Positions 28,438 to 44,900 of a DNA stretch of 64,000 nucleotides are shown here, piece after piece. The position numbers were made by a program, and so were the translations under genes. Below the pieces are notes generated by a model. That model worked only from the letters and a program-made list of their open reading frames with translations. It had not been told where the DNA came from and did no database searches. How positions within the stretch are numbered: the first letter of the stretch is position 1; each line of letters opens with the position of its first letter. The DNA comes from Tubiluchus corallicola (taxonomy: Eukaryota; Animalia; Priapulida): contig JAQGDQ010000140.1 in the NCBI GenBank assembly GCA_030141605.1, positions 1-64,000 on the forward strand, read 5' to 3'.

Positions 28438-29450
28438 GATTATTACGGTAGGCGCCGCTTAATAGACTGACTTCACGACTGAAGTGTTTTGACCCATTAA
28501 CCGAATGAACCTATTACCGATGGGTGTAGTATTACTGATATAGAAGTATGAGTCATCAGCTTAGTATGCACTGCACAGGTTTTTAAGGAATTTTAGAAAT
28601 GAAGTAATGCCTAAATTCCTTTGTGCAGTTAAAAATTTAAAGAATATATTTTAAAATATTAATTGACATAAGTGAATTAGTAGCAATAAATTAAAAAGTA
28701 TACTTTTCTAAATCACACAAGTCTGTTTGTTTTCAAAAACTACTGTACCTGCATCTACTCTACTTTGACTGTTAACTGATTAAATGTGAAAGTGTGATTT
28801 ACAGCGAGAGCTTCAAAAGGAAACTGCTACGCTAGCGCACAATTTTTTCTGGCACACCCCGTACATATTTAACTATTTTGGGAAAACCATTATATTAAAA
28901 TAATTATATTTCAAAATGTGATACTTACATTGTATAAACAATTGGTAAACATTGATTGTGTGCAATTTGATAGTGATACAGCATATGCACACTGAATGGA
29001 AATTGTGACCTAGAAACAAAAGCAAATATAAGCAATGATGATTGAAATGAAATGAACTGAAAAAAAGGCTTCTTACTGTAGCGGAGCAAAGAACGACTTT
29101 ATCACAAATTTTGGTCATCACTGCTTGAAGGGTGACCACAACGTACAACTTTTCAAAAAATTACTTTCATGAGATCAATTTTTTGACACTCAAGTATCAT
29201 TTCAATAGGAAAATTCTTTGATGGTACAACAATGCATATACTACCGGCTCCATTGTAAAATTAGATATAGTTTCTTTCAGTGATGTGTTTTATAGGGCAA
29301 GTTGGAATATAATGATGAATGAGAGGAAAGAGAGGAGGGAGGGGGGAAAGAAGGGGAGAGAGAGAGAGAGAAAGAGAGAGAGAGAAAGGGGGAAGAGAGA
29401 GAGAGAGAGAGACAGAGAGAGAGAGAGAGGGGGGAGAGACAGAGAGAGAA

Positions 29451-29489
<39 letters not shown>

Positions 29490-29515
29490 CAAAAGAGACA
29501 GAGAAAGAGAGAGAG

Positions 29516-29601
<86 letters not shown>

Positions 29602-29629
29602 GAAAGGGGGAAGAGAGAGAAAGAGAGAG

Positions 29630-29671
<42 letters not shown>

Positions 29672-29679
29672 AGAGAGGG

Positions 29680-29714
<35 letters not shown>

Positions 29715-32700
29715 AAAATAAGAAGAAAAACTGCACTCATTAACAAAATGAGCAAGCAAGCATAATAAGCAGCACTGTAAAATTAGCAGAAATGCAAATG
29801 TTTACATTAGTACTATCCTCCTAGCCAACGTTTTTGTAATAAATGTTTTGCAATTTAAAGATACATATTGTATTGTTTAAAGAAGTATCTTACTAAAGAC
29901 GTAAAAGACGTTTTGAAAAATCCTATAGAGATGAAGAGTAACATTCATTTTTAATCAGAAAATAAGAGCACTGTGACGTTCTACTGCAGTAACCAAGTTT
30001 CCAAAAAAAGTTCAATTAATTACCTGGACACAAACACAGCAAAATAAAAACACCGAAGTTAAAATGATACAGCATTCAAACTATTTATTGATTGTAAACT
30101 GCCTGAAAAGATCACAACATAACACTGCACTTTGCTTTCCACTCTAAACTGGACATAAAAAATTCAATAAGATACCAGACTCATTTAAAAAACAAAACGC
30201 AGATGCTAAAAGAGTAAAAATAGTGCTAAATAGGCCAAAATCTATGAAAATTAACAAGATTATTACCACAATGTTCAAGAATTTTTGATTAAATAAGTAA
30301 ACCAAATTACGTAAAAATAACTAAAAGTAAATTTAGTAAAAAAAGGACAAACTAAATGCAAAATTACACAGCAATAACTTATAATTCATAATTTTAATTA
30401 TAATAATTTTATAACGGGTGAACAAGACTATAGCAGTAAGACTTTGTTTTATATACCGACATATGTTACAAGTGTATGTTGCAGTTCTCAGCTTTTCTAT
30501 GTCGTTCGTCTCTGACTTAGGTAAGTCTATCATCATTTTCTTCTTATGTATAAACTCTTGAATAGCCTGCAGGAGGTAAAAACAAGTTAGTTTAAAAAAT
30601 ATTTATTTACAAGAAACGTTACAATCACATATGCATTGATAATAAATGCAAACGTTACGACTCAAATATTAATTGGCTAACAGGAAAACCTATATTAAAG
30701 CTTTTCAGCAAGTAAATATATCACTTACACAAATTCTACAGACAGACAATCATAAGAAAATAATGTTAAGTAAGTGGGTGAACAAAAGGACGGGACATAT
30801 TACAGGTGAGCATTGAAATATTTGAATTCGATTCAAACAAGTTCTTTTACTCCGCATTCGATTCGACCCTAACATTATGGAATTGAATAATTCGGCACTT
30901 CGAGTGCATATGTTATTGTGTGCTTGCAAACCGAAACCGTCCAGAAGTCGGCGTAGTTAAAACTACGTTATGATGCTTTAAAGTAGAATGTACCAAAAAT
31001 TTGGTCTAATGTCGATTTTATGTTTTTTTTATAAAAACAAACGCTAAATATTTTGGGCTTTTATATGCTAGCATCAAATTATCAAAAAAAATGTCCAAAA
31101 AATGCTAAAAATTACATTTTATAATTCAGTGCCCACTTTTCTGGCTAGAAACTAGTACTGCAATAGTAAAAAACTTGTATTTTGAAACTCCGATAGTAGC
31201 TCGTGGAAGCAGTCACTTTGTTTCAGGTTTTTTCTGTTGACAAGCTCAGATCTAAGTCAGGATCATTCACTGGATTTAAACACAAGTTCAATGTGCTCTT
31301 GTAAAGTCCACACTTTTGTACAACCGGTAAGTGTTTTGTAGATACATGACAAAAAACATTGGCTGACTTTAATAGCGATTTTCTCAAGATTACGTTTTCC
31401 AGTGCGTAGCCTACACCTCATTTTCAAAGTGAATTATCTTAGCTTAGAAATACAGTGGTGACCTTGGTATCAAAATGATCCTCATAAAATGGAGATTCAG
31501 TATAGATGAACAACTGAGAAAATAATATGACAATACAAATAATTGTTCTCAATATGCTTATTATTGCTAGGGATCACAAATCGCTGAAATGATAAACTCA
31601 TTTTGAAATGGAAACTCGATTGTATTGATTTTCTGTGGTGATAATCATTTATTGCTAATCGATAATGGATGAAAATGGATTTTGTTTTGTATCGATTCAA
31701 CATCTTTAAAAAAAATCTATTTTTCGCCAATAAAACGATAAACGATAATCACTAGTTCGAAAGTCACAAACTCAACTGAATTTTAATTTGCTTTCTGGTA
31801 GAGAACGCTCCCAACCCCCTCCCCTCCCCCACGCACACAAAGAGCTTGTTAAATTTGCAAACACAACATTCCAGAGATGAACGTACCACATACGAGTTCA
31901 AAATGGGTTCAATATTGTGTTCCTTTGCCATTTTATAAATCTTTTCAATTATCCTGCAACAATAAAAACTAATAAGATTTTGTCTGGTAATGATGCATCA
32001 ATAGATTTTAACTGTGATAAGTCACAATTAACAAAAATAAAAAAGAAAATGCTGAAAAATGTGATCCTCTAAAACCTGTAACTAACTACTAGCACATCTT
32101 TAGATCTGAAATCATGCAAGTGAACGAATGCAGCCGTATTTATTCATGAATGCACTACATTTACACGACAATCACGACAGGTTTAGAATACTTTTCAAAT
32201 GGCACTAATACACAGGAAAACTGTCTGAAATGTGAAGAGATTTAATGAAACTTGCCATCATTTCATCATATGTATTTTTCTATTCAATGTCTGTGCCAAA
32301 TACATAAGTTATATTCCGTATAAAATTTGAATGTTTCCGTTTTAATAGATTGTATAATTCAGCCATATGTAAAGTTTAATTCAAAATCCTCATTAGATTG
32401 GCAAGGTCCATCTTTAATGTGTGTACGAAACACATAAGTTATATTCACTATACATTTTTATACAGTATGCGCTGTTTAATAGACTCACTTTGAGATGAAG
32501 TGTTTTAACCCAATTAACAGACTGAATCTGTTAACTGACAGAAGTGATATTACTAATATAGAAGTACGAATTATTAGCTTCATACGCACTATAAGATTTT
32601 GATGAATTTTAGGAATAAAGTAATGCCTAAATTCCTATGCAGTTATTTAAAAATAATAATTTATAAAGTGAGTTAAAAAAAGAAGTGAAAAACAGTTTAC

Positions 32701-35700
32701 TTTTTCTAAATGACACAAGTCTGTTTAGTTTTAAAAATTACAAAAATACGTTCAACGTAGTGGCTTTATTTTTTTTGCACAAAGTCCTCATAATGATAAA
32801 AACATCGAAAGTTTGTTGCAGTCTGATGCACAAATTATCGCGAAACAGTCAGTGCTTGGCGTGCTTGAAGTGCAGTTGATGTTGCCGGTGTTTTCCAAGA
32901 GCGGAAATCTTTGTAGCTGACAAAAATGTCAGCTAGCTCAACTCCAATCACTGAGCGGATGCCGCAACCAAAGCTGGGTTTCTTATCGGCTAGGTCGACT
33001 GTAGAAATAAATCGGCTGTAGCTCTGCTCAAACTGAGTGGCTCTAGGCTCTAGTTATGTAAAATTTGCAATGTATAAGTTAATGTGTATTTAACTTTTCA
33101 GCCGTGGAGGAGTAGCATCAATTGTATACTTCTATTTAGGACATTGAGTCTTTTGCATTTTTTAGTTACCGCAATAAAAATTGATGTCAGGCTGAAACAC
33201 GTTGATCTAAAGCAGGTCGAATGGCAGTACTGTACAGAAGGTTGCATTATATTTGTAAGTGCTTAAAACAAAATGAGTCGTATAGCAATTTGTATCAGAT
33301 ACAGACAGAAATTTAGGTAGCAATTTAGTTTTTTTTAAACACAGTGGACACAGTGAAATGGATCTAAATCAAATTTCAAAAATTGAATAATTGTTTGCGT
33401 CAGGTAATCAAAATCGAGAGACAGAGCAACTTGAAAGAGCAGATATTTCTGCAGTAGAATAACATCCCATTTCTCTACTATAAAACAGTAACATTCTTAC
33501 TTGCTGTTGTTGAATTTTGGTAAAGATTAGTAAGTATCAGATCTATCGAGCAGGAATACTATCCTACAGGAACACTCCTAAACCAACTTCTCTCATCTGT
33601 TATCTTCAACTATCAGACTTGATCAAAATGATGCATACATGTTTTAGGAATCATGACAAAGAATAGCAAAAGGTTTTCAGCATTTTTGGATATTCATCGT
33701 ATAAAAAATAAATCCACATAATTATGTGACGTACCAATTGCGATGACTGCTGCTTTGCAAATGCTGAGCGAGTTCTGGAACAGTACTTAGTGTTCTTCTG
33801 TAAGATTGACAATGTAAATTAGTGTCCATTTCAGTTTATAAAGCGTAGAAAAAATGTATAATATTAAAAATATTTTAAGATACTTAAAAATGTAGACTTA
33901 TTTGAAATTTGTTTCGAATAATGCTGTTGGGTCGTAGGAAAATGGGTTGCTTTGTTACAAAACAAGTTACTGAAATTTTTTTTCAGTTTTATGCACAGAA
34001 AATTTCAATTCATGTCCACTGATATCTGAGCAAGATTGCAAGGTTTCAAACTACAGCAAAAAAAGAAAAACCAACATTTCGAATACCCGCCTTTCTCCAT
34101 TTAGAATGAAGACCTCAATTAACGCTCAAATTTTTAGCAAAACAAAATATCCATATGAGCAAATTTATGGTACTGATGCACATCGTTATAACGCACTATA
34201 ATGTTAACTGTTTTGCGGCCCCAAAGTTCACTGTATAAAGAGGTTTGTCTGTAATTCAAATAACAACAGACAATCAACCGACATAGAATGAAGTCTAGAA
34301 AGTGCTACGTTAGTAAAGAATTAAAAACCTATTGTTGAATTCAGTACAAGTGTGGAAGTAATTAAGATCGCCTTTTCTTTATTCAAAACACAACGCTAAA
34401 CAAGGTACAGAGCAACAAAAATGATGCGCAATGCTGCATGTGAATTTGGTATGTTCGAACCTAAGTTAAATGGTGCTAAACGTGTCTAGTAAACCTTTTC
34501 ACAATTTCGTTGCATGCAGCGCAAGTTGCTGCAGGTCAAAGGTTAAGTGTACCACAGCAACCCGTATCTTAACAACAGCTGTCATGATGTGACATGTGTG
34601 TAAAGCAAAGCCGCCTGCTGCATCAGTTCAGCAACTTCAATTGTTTTACGCGGACTTTTCCTATTTATACATTAGTCAGTGCTATGTATTACTAGCAGGG
34701 TCATGCTTGGGAACTAGAAAAATTAACTAGGCAAGGCTTCCGCTAGCTATTAAAGTTGTTACTATTACAATAGCTTGAGCTGCGAGGCGTTATCTGGTAC
34801 ACTTAACCTTTGACCCTTTCACAATCATCATCAATTGCTGGAACTGTGAAAAAGCTTGTTGTACTATGCAACTTACAATATGTGCTACACTGTATGAATT
34901 ATACAAATTGCATACTTAGTTTTATGAAAAAAGCTTAGGAGAGCGGTTTCTGCACATGTGTATGTAATAAAGGTGAGAGAGAAGCATTTAGTTAGGTAAA
35001 GTAATAATGCTTTATTACACCAGGTGGTGCAAAAAATGTCACTGATATTCGAATCATGATATTTATCTACTTAGCACCTGATTAGTAAAATGCAAGCACT
35101 AGTATTGCGCAGTTGCGTAATTCGTAAAAATTAATGTACATGTGCTGGCAAAAATAGAAAAATTCAATAAATAAGTTGTACATACAGGCAAGACAGGCAC
35201 TGCCTCTTTTCCACATCAACACAGAACTCTATCTTAGTGCCGTCCCACTTAAACTGAAATGTCAAAAAAGCCAGTATAGAAAACAAGTAGAGATATAGCA
35301 TTACCTAAAATATTAGAAAAATACAAGGTTTTTTGCCGATCTTCCGAAAAAAAGTCCGTACAAAAAATAAAAAATGCCCAATTGCACATTTGTTAGAAGA
35401 GATAGAGGAAAAGCTAGCTCTACAATAAAAAATCTAGAAAGGCATTGTCAAAAACTTTTATATTTTTTCAAACCGAACATTGTCTCTGACAAGTCTATGG
35501 TCAAGTAAGTGACAATAATAATAACAATAATAATAATAATCTTTATTTAAAGTCGGCTTTTGGGTCAACAATTCACATTAGCTCAAAGAGCTATTATCGC
35601 CAACTGTAAATAACAACCTACAGCTGCATAACAGAGACTATTATTAGCCGACTTTTACTCTAAATACCACGCGTCAGGCAGGGCAAAGCAGGTACCATTT

Positions 35701-38700
35701 TAAGTCTTTGGTATGACTCGGCCGCTGGTTCGAACTCACGACCGCCTAGATGGAAAGCAGACGCATCACCACTAGACTAAACCGTCTGATACGTAGTCTG
35801 ATCCAGCACACGACAATTTTGATACAGAAAAAAGTCAAAATTAGAAGCAAATATGAGTAATTTTTAAGAAATGTTGTCTATATTATACATAAATGAACTT
35901 ACTTCCCCAAAACATTTCTGTTTAGCTAACATGTCTTTCCTGCAAACAAATAAAAAAATGTCAAAATAATGAATTCAATTGTGAATGCAAAGCGCAAATG
36001 GTAGTAATCTTAGACAATTCATATGGCTTCATATTATGTAATTATTCAATTATTCAATCATTAATTATTATTCAATTATTCAATCACTAATTATTATTCA
36101 ATTATTCAATCAGTAATTATTATTCAATTATCCAATCATTAATTATTATTCAATTATTCAATCAGTAATTATTATTCAACTATTCAATCAGTAATTATTA
36201 TTCAATCATTAATTATTATTCAATTATTCAATCAGTAATTATTCAATCATTCATTATTCAATTACGTAATGATTTTGATTATAGAGTCATAAATAAAACC
36301 AATTTTCAAAAGTAGGGTTTCCAAGACTGTATTGAATACAGCATGTTCTCCATTCATTTGTCAAACTAGTCTCATGACATTTGAGTTAATTTGTTGAATT
36401 AAAAACCTAATTTTGACTCACTAAACGTAAAAGACTTTTCTCAAAAAGCTAGATTGCTTGCTTGGTGTTAATGAGAGCAAAAATGACATTACTCACACTT
36501 TAATTGCAGTCAGGTGTTCGTTACTCGTTAAATGAGGTGGTACAGATAGAAAGAATTGTTCTACAGTGTAGAATTTTCCTTCTCCATAATAGCTGCAATA
36601 AACATTATCAGACTAAGAGTGAACACAATTAAGCTAACTAACCAAACTAAATTTTTCCAAAAAAAAACTATATAAACGTTCTAATTTTGGCTAATGATTC
36701 AACCTTTACTTAACCGTCGCAAAAATTGCTGCAAAAAGTTGTTCTTATCAAAATCCTAATAATATAATTTATACTCTAATCGTAGTCATAATCATAATTG
36801 ATACTCTAATCAAAACATGATTAGCTGTGAGTTCGTAATTTAACGTATAATAACCTAAACGTTAAGATTAATAAATAATAAAGTGATATATATCATTTTT
36901 ATTATATACCTGCATGTCTTACACGCATAACAAGCATATCTTAGTTTAAGAATATTAGTCAAGTCCGTCTTTGCAATATTCACTTCCACATCTCCTGCCT
37001 CGCAAGCTTTCCTTATTAGCTGAAACGTAAAAAAGTCGACTAATCATCGATTCATAAAACAGGCAAAGACGAAGGCCTAAATGTCTTATGATTGTTCAAT
37101 TTGACACGTTGGTAATATGAAATGGCTCTTGATCATGTTTGATGAAATCAAACGTTATAAATGTTATAATGAAATCTTATTAGAATGGCAGTAGCAGCAC
37201 AGTGCTCAAGTGCTATAGACACAGTGGTGGTTTTAATAAATTTGGGATAAACAGTCCAAAACAAAAGAAAAAAATGGAATACGGTTTAAAGTTGGTTCAA
37301 TCTGCAGGATTTATTTAACAAAAGTGCATACAACTCAAAAAATGCGTTGCACATCACACCCGTCTTGAAAATAATCTTACATTAAGCAGTAAAAAGTTTA
37401 AATAATCAGTAATGGTTAATTACATATGTTCACTACGAGTATTACCAGAAATGTATAAATGAAATTTCACGAATTCTCGCTTCTCAATATTCTTCTTAGC
37501 TATCACAACAGCGACTTTTATTCCGGCATAAACGTACATATTTAACATGTTAGCATAGTTGCATGACGTAGTTGAAATAAATGACAGGTTATATATCCAT
37601 ATTCATTTTTAACGCACACTGGAAACAACAACAGCAATAATTATGCGTGTCATGGATGAGCTCTTGAGAAGGGAAAGTAAGACTACTTGGTGCAAAGTAA
37701 ACTCGAAAACGATAAATTAAAGTTGAAGAAACGTTAGTTTTATTTAGTTGAGAGAAAATATTGCAACCATATTAGTGGAAGCAACGAAGTACTGAATTGA
37801 ACAGAACTAAAAAGGGGGGACTAGTAAAAAAACTGGCTTCGCTTATATATAAGTGAATTCATGAAACAGGGGCGCAGCGTGTCAAATTCTTCACGCCATT
37901 CCCCTCCTTGACAAGTAGTGCTTAACTTAAGCCTTATCAACTAACTGTTATCATCTTAAAAGTATGTTTTAGCAAAGCTCCTACCACAGAATTAGTATCC
38001 GTGACAAAACTTTAAATTTTGCAAAACATCGTACATTTGAAAAAGCTAATGAAATTACAATTCGCTAGAAATTTCCGAAAGCTCAGGATAAACTTTTGAA
38101 TGAAAACAGTTTTAAAATTGCGTGAAAGTTATTACAGTGACATTTCAAATTTAATTTTTCAATGAATATCAAGATGATGTAAATTTTCTTCTTAGTTTAC
38201 ATCCAGTGGGCACAGCTTTGTGATCGGACACGTGATGACGGACACGTGATGTGGACACGCGATGACGGACACGCGATGACGATGGACACGTGATGACGAT
38301 GGACAAGCGATGACGGACACGCGATGACGACGGACACGCGATTACGATGGACACGTGATGACGATGGACACGTGATGACGATGGACACGTGATGACGATG
38401 GACACGCGATGATGGACACGCGATGACGACGGACACGCGATAACGATGGACACGTGATGACGATGGACACGTGATGACGGACACGCGATGACGACGGACA
38501 CGCGATTACGATGGACACGTGATGACGATGGACACGTGATGACGATGGACACGCGATGACGGACACGTGATGATGGACACGTGATGATGGATTTTCCTAT
38601 TTCAAAATCATAAAAAAACATAAAAAACTTCTATCTAAATTGAAAGAAACCTGTACAGTCGAACATACCTCTGACAAATTGTAATTCTTGCAAACATTCA

Positions 38701-38852
38701 AGACTCTAAATGTTCTGAAAAAAAAATTTTCCCATCTAGTTTGTGATAAAAAAGTTTTTAATTTAACAGCAACAAAAACTAACCACTTTTTATATGTAAA
38801 CATGTTTATTTATTAACAGCAATAGTAATGAAGCATCCACACATGCACACAT

Positions 38853-38919
<67 letters not shown>

Positions 38920-41900
38920 CACATATAAATTGCTTAACTGACACTTTTGGCAGCACTTCCAAGTAAGTAATATTGCCTAATTGATGATCCAAAAATTTGT
39001 TAATTAAGTACAAATACTAAACAACAAACATGAACGGAAAACAAGAATACTGATTATTTTATTAGGTTTTTTATAACTTACCTACTATTGTGTGCAAGAG
39101 ATATATTGTGTTTTGCCAAATGCCCTTTCGATGCAAAACACTTCCTATAAATTCAAAATATTACCTAACATTTGAGCTGCAAAAAGTCAAGAAACAGAAA
39201 AAACTATATACTTCAATCTGTCAAATAAATTTAACATGGGTGTCTAGGGTGTTAAGTAAAAGTAACACTGTGTGCAGACTAATGAGTAAATGTATCCAGA
39301 CTGTAATGTCATGCTGTCATGCAACACGTCCAGGCTGCCAGTTAAATAAAATATATGTGTTCAGATAGTAAAGAGCAAAAAACCTGTCTAAACTGTCAGG
39401 TAAATTTAACAATTATGTCCAGAATGTCATGCAAATTTAGCTAATGTGTCCAGAATGTCAAGGAAATTTAGCAATTGTGTCCTGATTGTCTAGTAAACAC
39501 AACATTTGTGTCCTGGCTGTCTAGTAAATTTAACATTGTCCTACTGTTAATTAACATTGTGCTGACTGCTATAAAACATTGTGTCTTGTTAGTAATTTAA
39601 CAATTGTCGACTGTCTAGTAATTACATTGTTTTTGTTTGTGTTGTGTTTTTTTGTGTGTTTGTTTTGTTATTGTACCCTGACTGTCTAGTAAATTTAACA
39701 ATTGTGCCCTGACTGTCTAGTAAACACAACATTTGTGTCCTGGCTGTCTAGTAAATTTAACAATTGTGTCCCGACTGTCTAGTAAATTCAACAATTGTGT
39801 CCTGACTGTCTAGTAAACACAACAATTGTGTCCTGACTGTCTAATAAGTTCAACAATTGTGTTCTGACTGTCTAGTAAAAATTAATAATTGTGTCACAAT
39901 TGTGTCAACTTTACTCAAATAGAACAAACATTATTTTAAAATGCAGAGGAGATGCAAAGAATAACTAGGCAGTTACTGCTTGGTCAGTAAATGGATAGAT
40001 GACAACCAAGGAAACAGCTTCTTGGTTGTTTCATTTGCCTAGTTCTGCATTTTTAAATGAAAGGATAAATGATTATGGTTCCTAAGAAGTAGGTTTTGGT
40101 CCTGCCACAACTGTGTAAAAAATGCACGACTGATGCAAACTGCCAGTATCAGGTTGCTTTCATTTATATTCACTCGGTGTTTATAAATATAAAATGCTTT
40201 TGCATTACAACATACAGGCATGAGACACAAGGATGCATGTCTTCATCAGTGGTAACCTGCTGCATTTCCCCATCTTCCATTGCCTGCAAAAAATCAATAA
40301 AATAATCATAAATCGCAAACCCGTGTAAAGAATCACTTTTAATTATATTAGTAATCGGACATCAATTGCATTTTCATCATTGATTAATCGAATACGAAAT
40401 TAATTCGATGATTGATTACAATAGTTTTGTGTCATTTTATAAGAAAACAATCGTACACGATAACAATTTGCTCGTATTTACGATAAACATTGGTGTTTAA
40501 GTGTGGCTTTGCAAGAATGGAGGACCTCATGGACTGTGACTTCGAAATTGCTTTCAAATTGTTGTAGGTTTCCCATATTGTGTTTCCTCCCAGGTTGTAA
40601 AAAGTGAAAATTTGTAGAAGTTTTTTGTTTTATTCTTCTAACACTTATAGCTGTGGTTTGTTCATTATTATGTAGACCAGGGGTGTGCAAACTGCGGCCC
40701 GCGGGCCACTTGTGGCCCGCCGAGAGATCTTGTGCGGCCCGCGAAGAGGTTTGTCAACGTAATGAAAGTGTGGCCCGGGCAATCCAGTTGAAGTCTGCGC
40801 CAATATCGCAAAGATAGTGCGGGTAGTTTTTTCCTCTAAATCGGATGGCATTAACCCTTACAAGACTGTTGTCACTTAATGTCACTGTCGGACATGACGA
40901 AATATATGGTTTTTAATATAAATTTTAATGACTTCTAAAATAGTTTCTTGAGTGTAGTAGTGATGATGTGCGCAAATCGGATGCAAAAAAAATCGTTATT
41001 AGGTCCTACTATACTTGGCTCCTCAGGAATGCGCGCAGGAATTGCGGGAATGTTTAATGTGGCCCGGCTAGATAATTTGCACACCCCTGATGTAGATTAA
41101 GATTAACCGTTTATTACTGTTTATGAACTTTTCTGAATTTCGTATATAAGGCATTTTTTACATTTCCTTTGAATTTCTTTCTAGTCATATCTGCGTTTAT
41201 TCTGACAATTTGAATTTTATTCTTTGATTTTGTAATTATATATAGTATGCCTTAATACTGTAATGTAAAATTTATTCATATACCACATTACATCATTTAA
41301 AATCTCAGCATGTTGGAGAATAAAATACATTTAAAATTCATAAGAAGCAGAAAATTTAAAAGACATTAAAAATAATTCATCATAAAAAGTACAATTTTCA
41401 GTTGTTTGGTGGTTGAGAATATGTTTGATTTTTCCAATTTTCCACAAAGCCAATGATGCTGACCGACTAAGGTTTGCTACACGGTTTGACATAGTACAAA
41501 AAGTGTCAAAAGACACTCCAAGATTTTTTACAGTACAAAATGAGTCAAAAGATACTCCCAAGATGTTTTACAATCTCAAAAGAACTAACACTGACATCAT
41601 CAATCTCTACAAAACATGGAGGGAGATCAGGAAAAGCTCCTTGAAATTTAGTCAACAAATGAACTAAGTCTGTTTTGCCATCATTTAAGGCGAGTTTGTT
41701 GATCTTCGTACGATGTCGAATTTCACTGATACATGCTTCAATTTAATCGACTGGAGCAATGTTCTCCTGACATGTGATGTAGAATTGTGTGTCGTCAGCA
41801 AATTATGACTTAAAATGACAGATTCTACATAAACAAAATAATACAGGACCAAAAACTGAACCCTGATGAACCCCACATACTAGTGTTAAACATCTGATGC

Positions 41901-44900
41901 CATTGAATGAACGTGAACAGGCTGACTTCGCGCACATATATAAGATGTGAACTAATTTAAGGCAACATCAGAGATGCGGAACATTAGCTGTAACCTCTAC
42001 AGCAAGATATTATGGTCAATGGTGTCAAAAATGGCGGATAATACCACATGTACAAATTACTCTTTTTGGTTTGATTTATAGCATTGAAAATGACTGCTAA
42101 GTTGAAACGATCATCCGTGCTTAATAAACATGTTGATCTCCAGACAGTTAGAAATCATTCAAGCTTTTTAAAGCAGCTCAGTTCAGTCACTTAGGATAAA
42201 CAGAGTTAATTGAATGTAAATATATAAGATATTATAAAAATGTCTTACGTTTGATTTCTTTGCCTTATTCGACTCCATTAAGCTGAAAGAAAGTTAGAAA
42301 TTAAATAATGAATATTAACAATGATGTAGTTTGTCTCAATAGTATGAGCAGCAACGCTAATCATCGTGATGATTATGATGATAAAGATAATGATGTTGAT
42401 GATGAAGAAATTTATCATTTCATTTTCACATTTGCATTTAATAACAGGGAAATTGTAGTTTTCAATTCTCATTAGCTCTACTACTGGGTATTAATTGACT
42501 TCAAAAATAATTTCTATTATATGTACCTGCGGGCGAATACGACCTCCACAATCTATATAAAGTTGACATATAAAGCTAATGCTGCACTAACCTTTTCTCC
42601 CCATACGGCAAGTTGTGCCAAATCGATAGATGGTAAATCATGTATGGATTAAACCCAAAAGTTCTCCTGAAAAGTCGTAGCAAAATAGGTTTTTCACAAA
42701 ATAATAAAATGGTTGTTAATTATCAATTAAGAACATAAAATGTTAACTAATTAGCAAGTAGGCAAAACCTACATATTGTTTTTTAAGCTCACAAACTGGA
42801 TTTCTTAACAGAAAAGAAGATAGACACAAATAGTTTTAAGACCGACTGTATTGCTGCATTGTTTTATGTATGATCACTTTTCCTAACTGCTAGCAGTGTC
42901 TTAACCACTAGTGTAGTTAAGATTCTGCACATTATGCAGAATCTTACTGGTTTTCAGACATTTGCCTGTAAAAGACTGGAGTCTCAAACAAAGATAAGCA
43001 TAGTAGTAGTATTCTAGCATTGTTTCTGAATCATGTTTTGCATCAAATTCTAAATACGTTAATTTATCAGCAGAAAAGAAACATACTACACAAACTATTA
43101 ATTACTGTCAAACCTCATTGTACCACTTATTTTAAGACTGCAAAAAAAGTTGGCATTATAGCTAGTTTGAACGAGTGCATTAATACGTACATGTCTAAGC
43201 AAATACAGACATTTATTTGCCCAAAACTTGATTGCTAAGCAAAATTGGGGGGGGGGGGGTTATAATGAGGTTTGACTGTACTAAGTAAAGACGTACTGGC
43301 ACATTTCACAAGTGAACGTCGTGCTAGGAGCGGTGAGCTTGGATACATCGTTGAGTTCATCTTTTGATAAGTTCACACGCCAATGGGCATTCCTTAAGGC
43401 CTGTTTCACCGTCTGGAGAAGAAAAAGCATTAAAAGTGCACTCGTCTTAAAATGAACTGAATCAAATGCCTGAAATCACTGATGAAATTAAACATAGATA
43501 ATAATGGCAACAAAAATAGCAACAACACACAAACAAAAACAATAAAATACACTAACAAAAACAATAAATAGTGTTGTACAAACAAAAATAGACTATATTT
43601 AAGTCTATTGGAAAATAGATAAGTAAACAAGTTAAACAAACTACTTAAAATACAGGTTCATCGACTCAAGTTGCTGATCCTGAAAATACCAAAAATATTT
43701 TGAACTTATTGTTGTGCCTACTGTCTAAATTATCTGGTCTATAGTGTGCAAATTGCAGTTTTAAACTACGTCACCTCTTAATGTTAGTCAAGTTTAGTAA
43801 GACTTGCTGCTCTTTCTGCTCTAGTAAGAAAACAAATCTCTGTCTATTGCATTTTCACCTTGAATCACGTCATAACACGTTGTAAGATCAGTGTGAACAC
43901 GTCGTAACTCAAGTGGTTCTAAATTTAAGTAAGTTAACTACCATGGTTAGTTTAAACATAGAAACAAACATAGACATAGACATAAACATAGACATAGACA
44001 TAAACATAGGCATAGACGTAGATGTAGACATAAACATAGGCATAGGCATAGACATAAACATAAACATACATAGGCATAGGCATAGGCATAGACATAAACA
44101 TAGGCATAGGCATAGACATAAACATAGGCATAGACATAGGCATAGGCATAGACATAAACATAGGCATTGGCATAGACGTAGATGTAGACATAAACATAGG
44201 CATAGGCATAGACATAAACATAAACATAGGCATAGGCATAGGCATAGGCATAGACATAGACATAGACATAAACATAGGCACAGGCATAGACATCGGCATA
44301 GACATAAACATAGGCATAGGCATAGACATAGACATAGACATAAACATAGGCATAGACATAGACATAGGCATAGACATAGGCATAGGCATAGGCATAGACA
44401 TAGACATAAACATAGGCATAGACATAGACGTAGATGTAGACATAGGCATGGACGTGGACGTGTCTATTCTCTCTCAATACCTTTGGCATTTTGCTGTTTT
44501 GCTTGAACTTTGTACAGATGAAAACAAACAAGGGAAATTGTGGAGCTTCATGAGTTTCAGCTTTCTCATCAACAATCCAATGAACATGAAACAGAACCAC
44601 AACACATTCCGACAGATTTTGTATAATTAATTAATTAAGCTGAGTTCAGGTCATAAAACGAATGGTCATAAGCATGCATAGGTTGTAAGTCGAAGACTAC
44701 TTGTAGAGTACAATGACAGAATAATGACAAGCTTCACCTTAATTATTGGAGTAACAATGAAACAAACTTTGGAACCTAGCAGTTGACGTATGTATGTAAC
44801 AAGTTCGTACAAGATCTTGAAAATATGCTTAAGGTAATAGCATTGTTACATAAGACTTGCGCTTTAATTTAAAACAAAACTACAAAAAAAGTTACCATTA

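Noticed and set aside
29261-29765. Long SL/ER-rich ORFs (also 43913-44600, 38169-38621, 48047-48382, 53024-53402, 21440-22074)
   Set aside because: Translations of simple repeats, open in several frames
37445-37498. Possible exon [17 protein letters not shown]
   Set aside because: Open only in phase 1-1, incompatible with the gene's 0/2 phases
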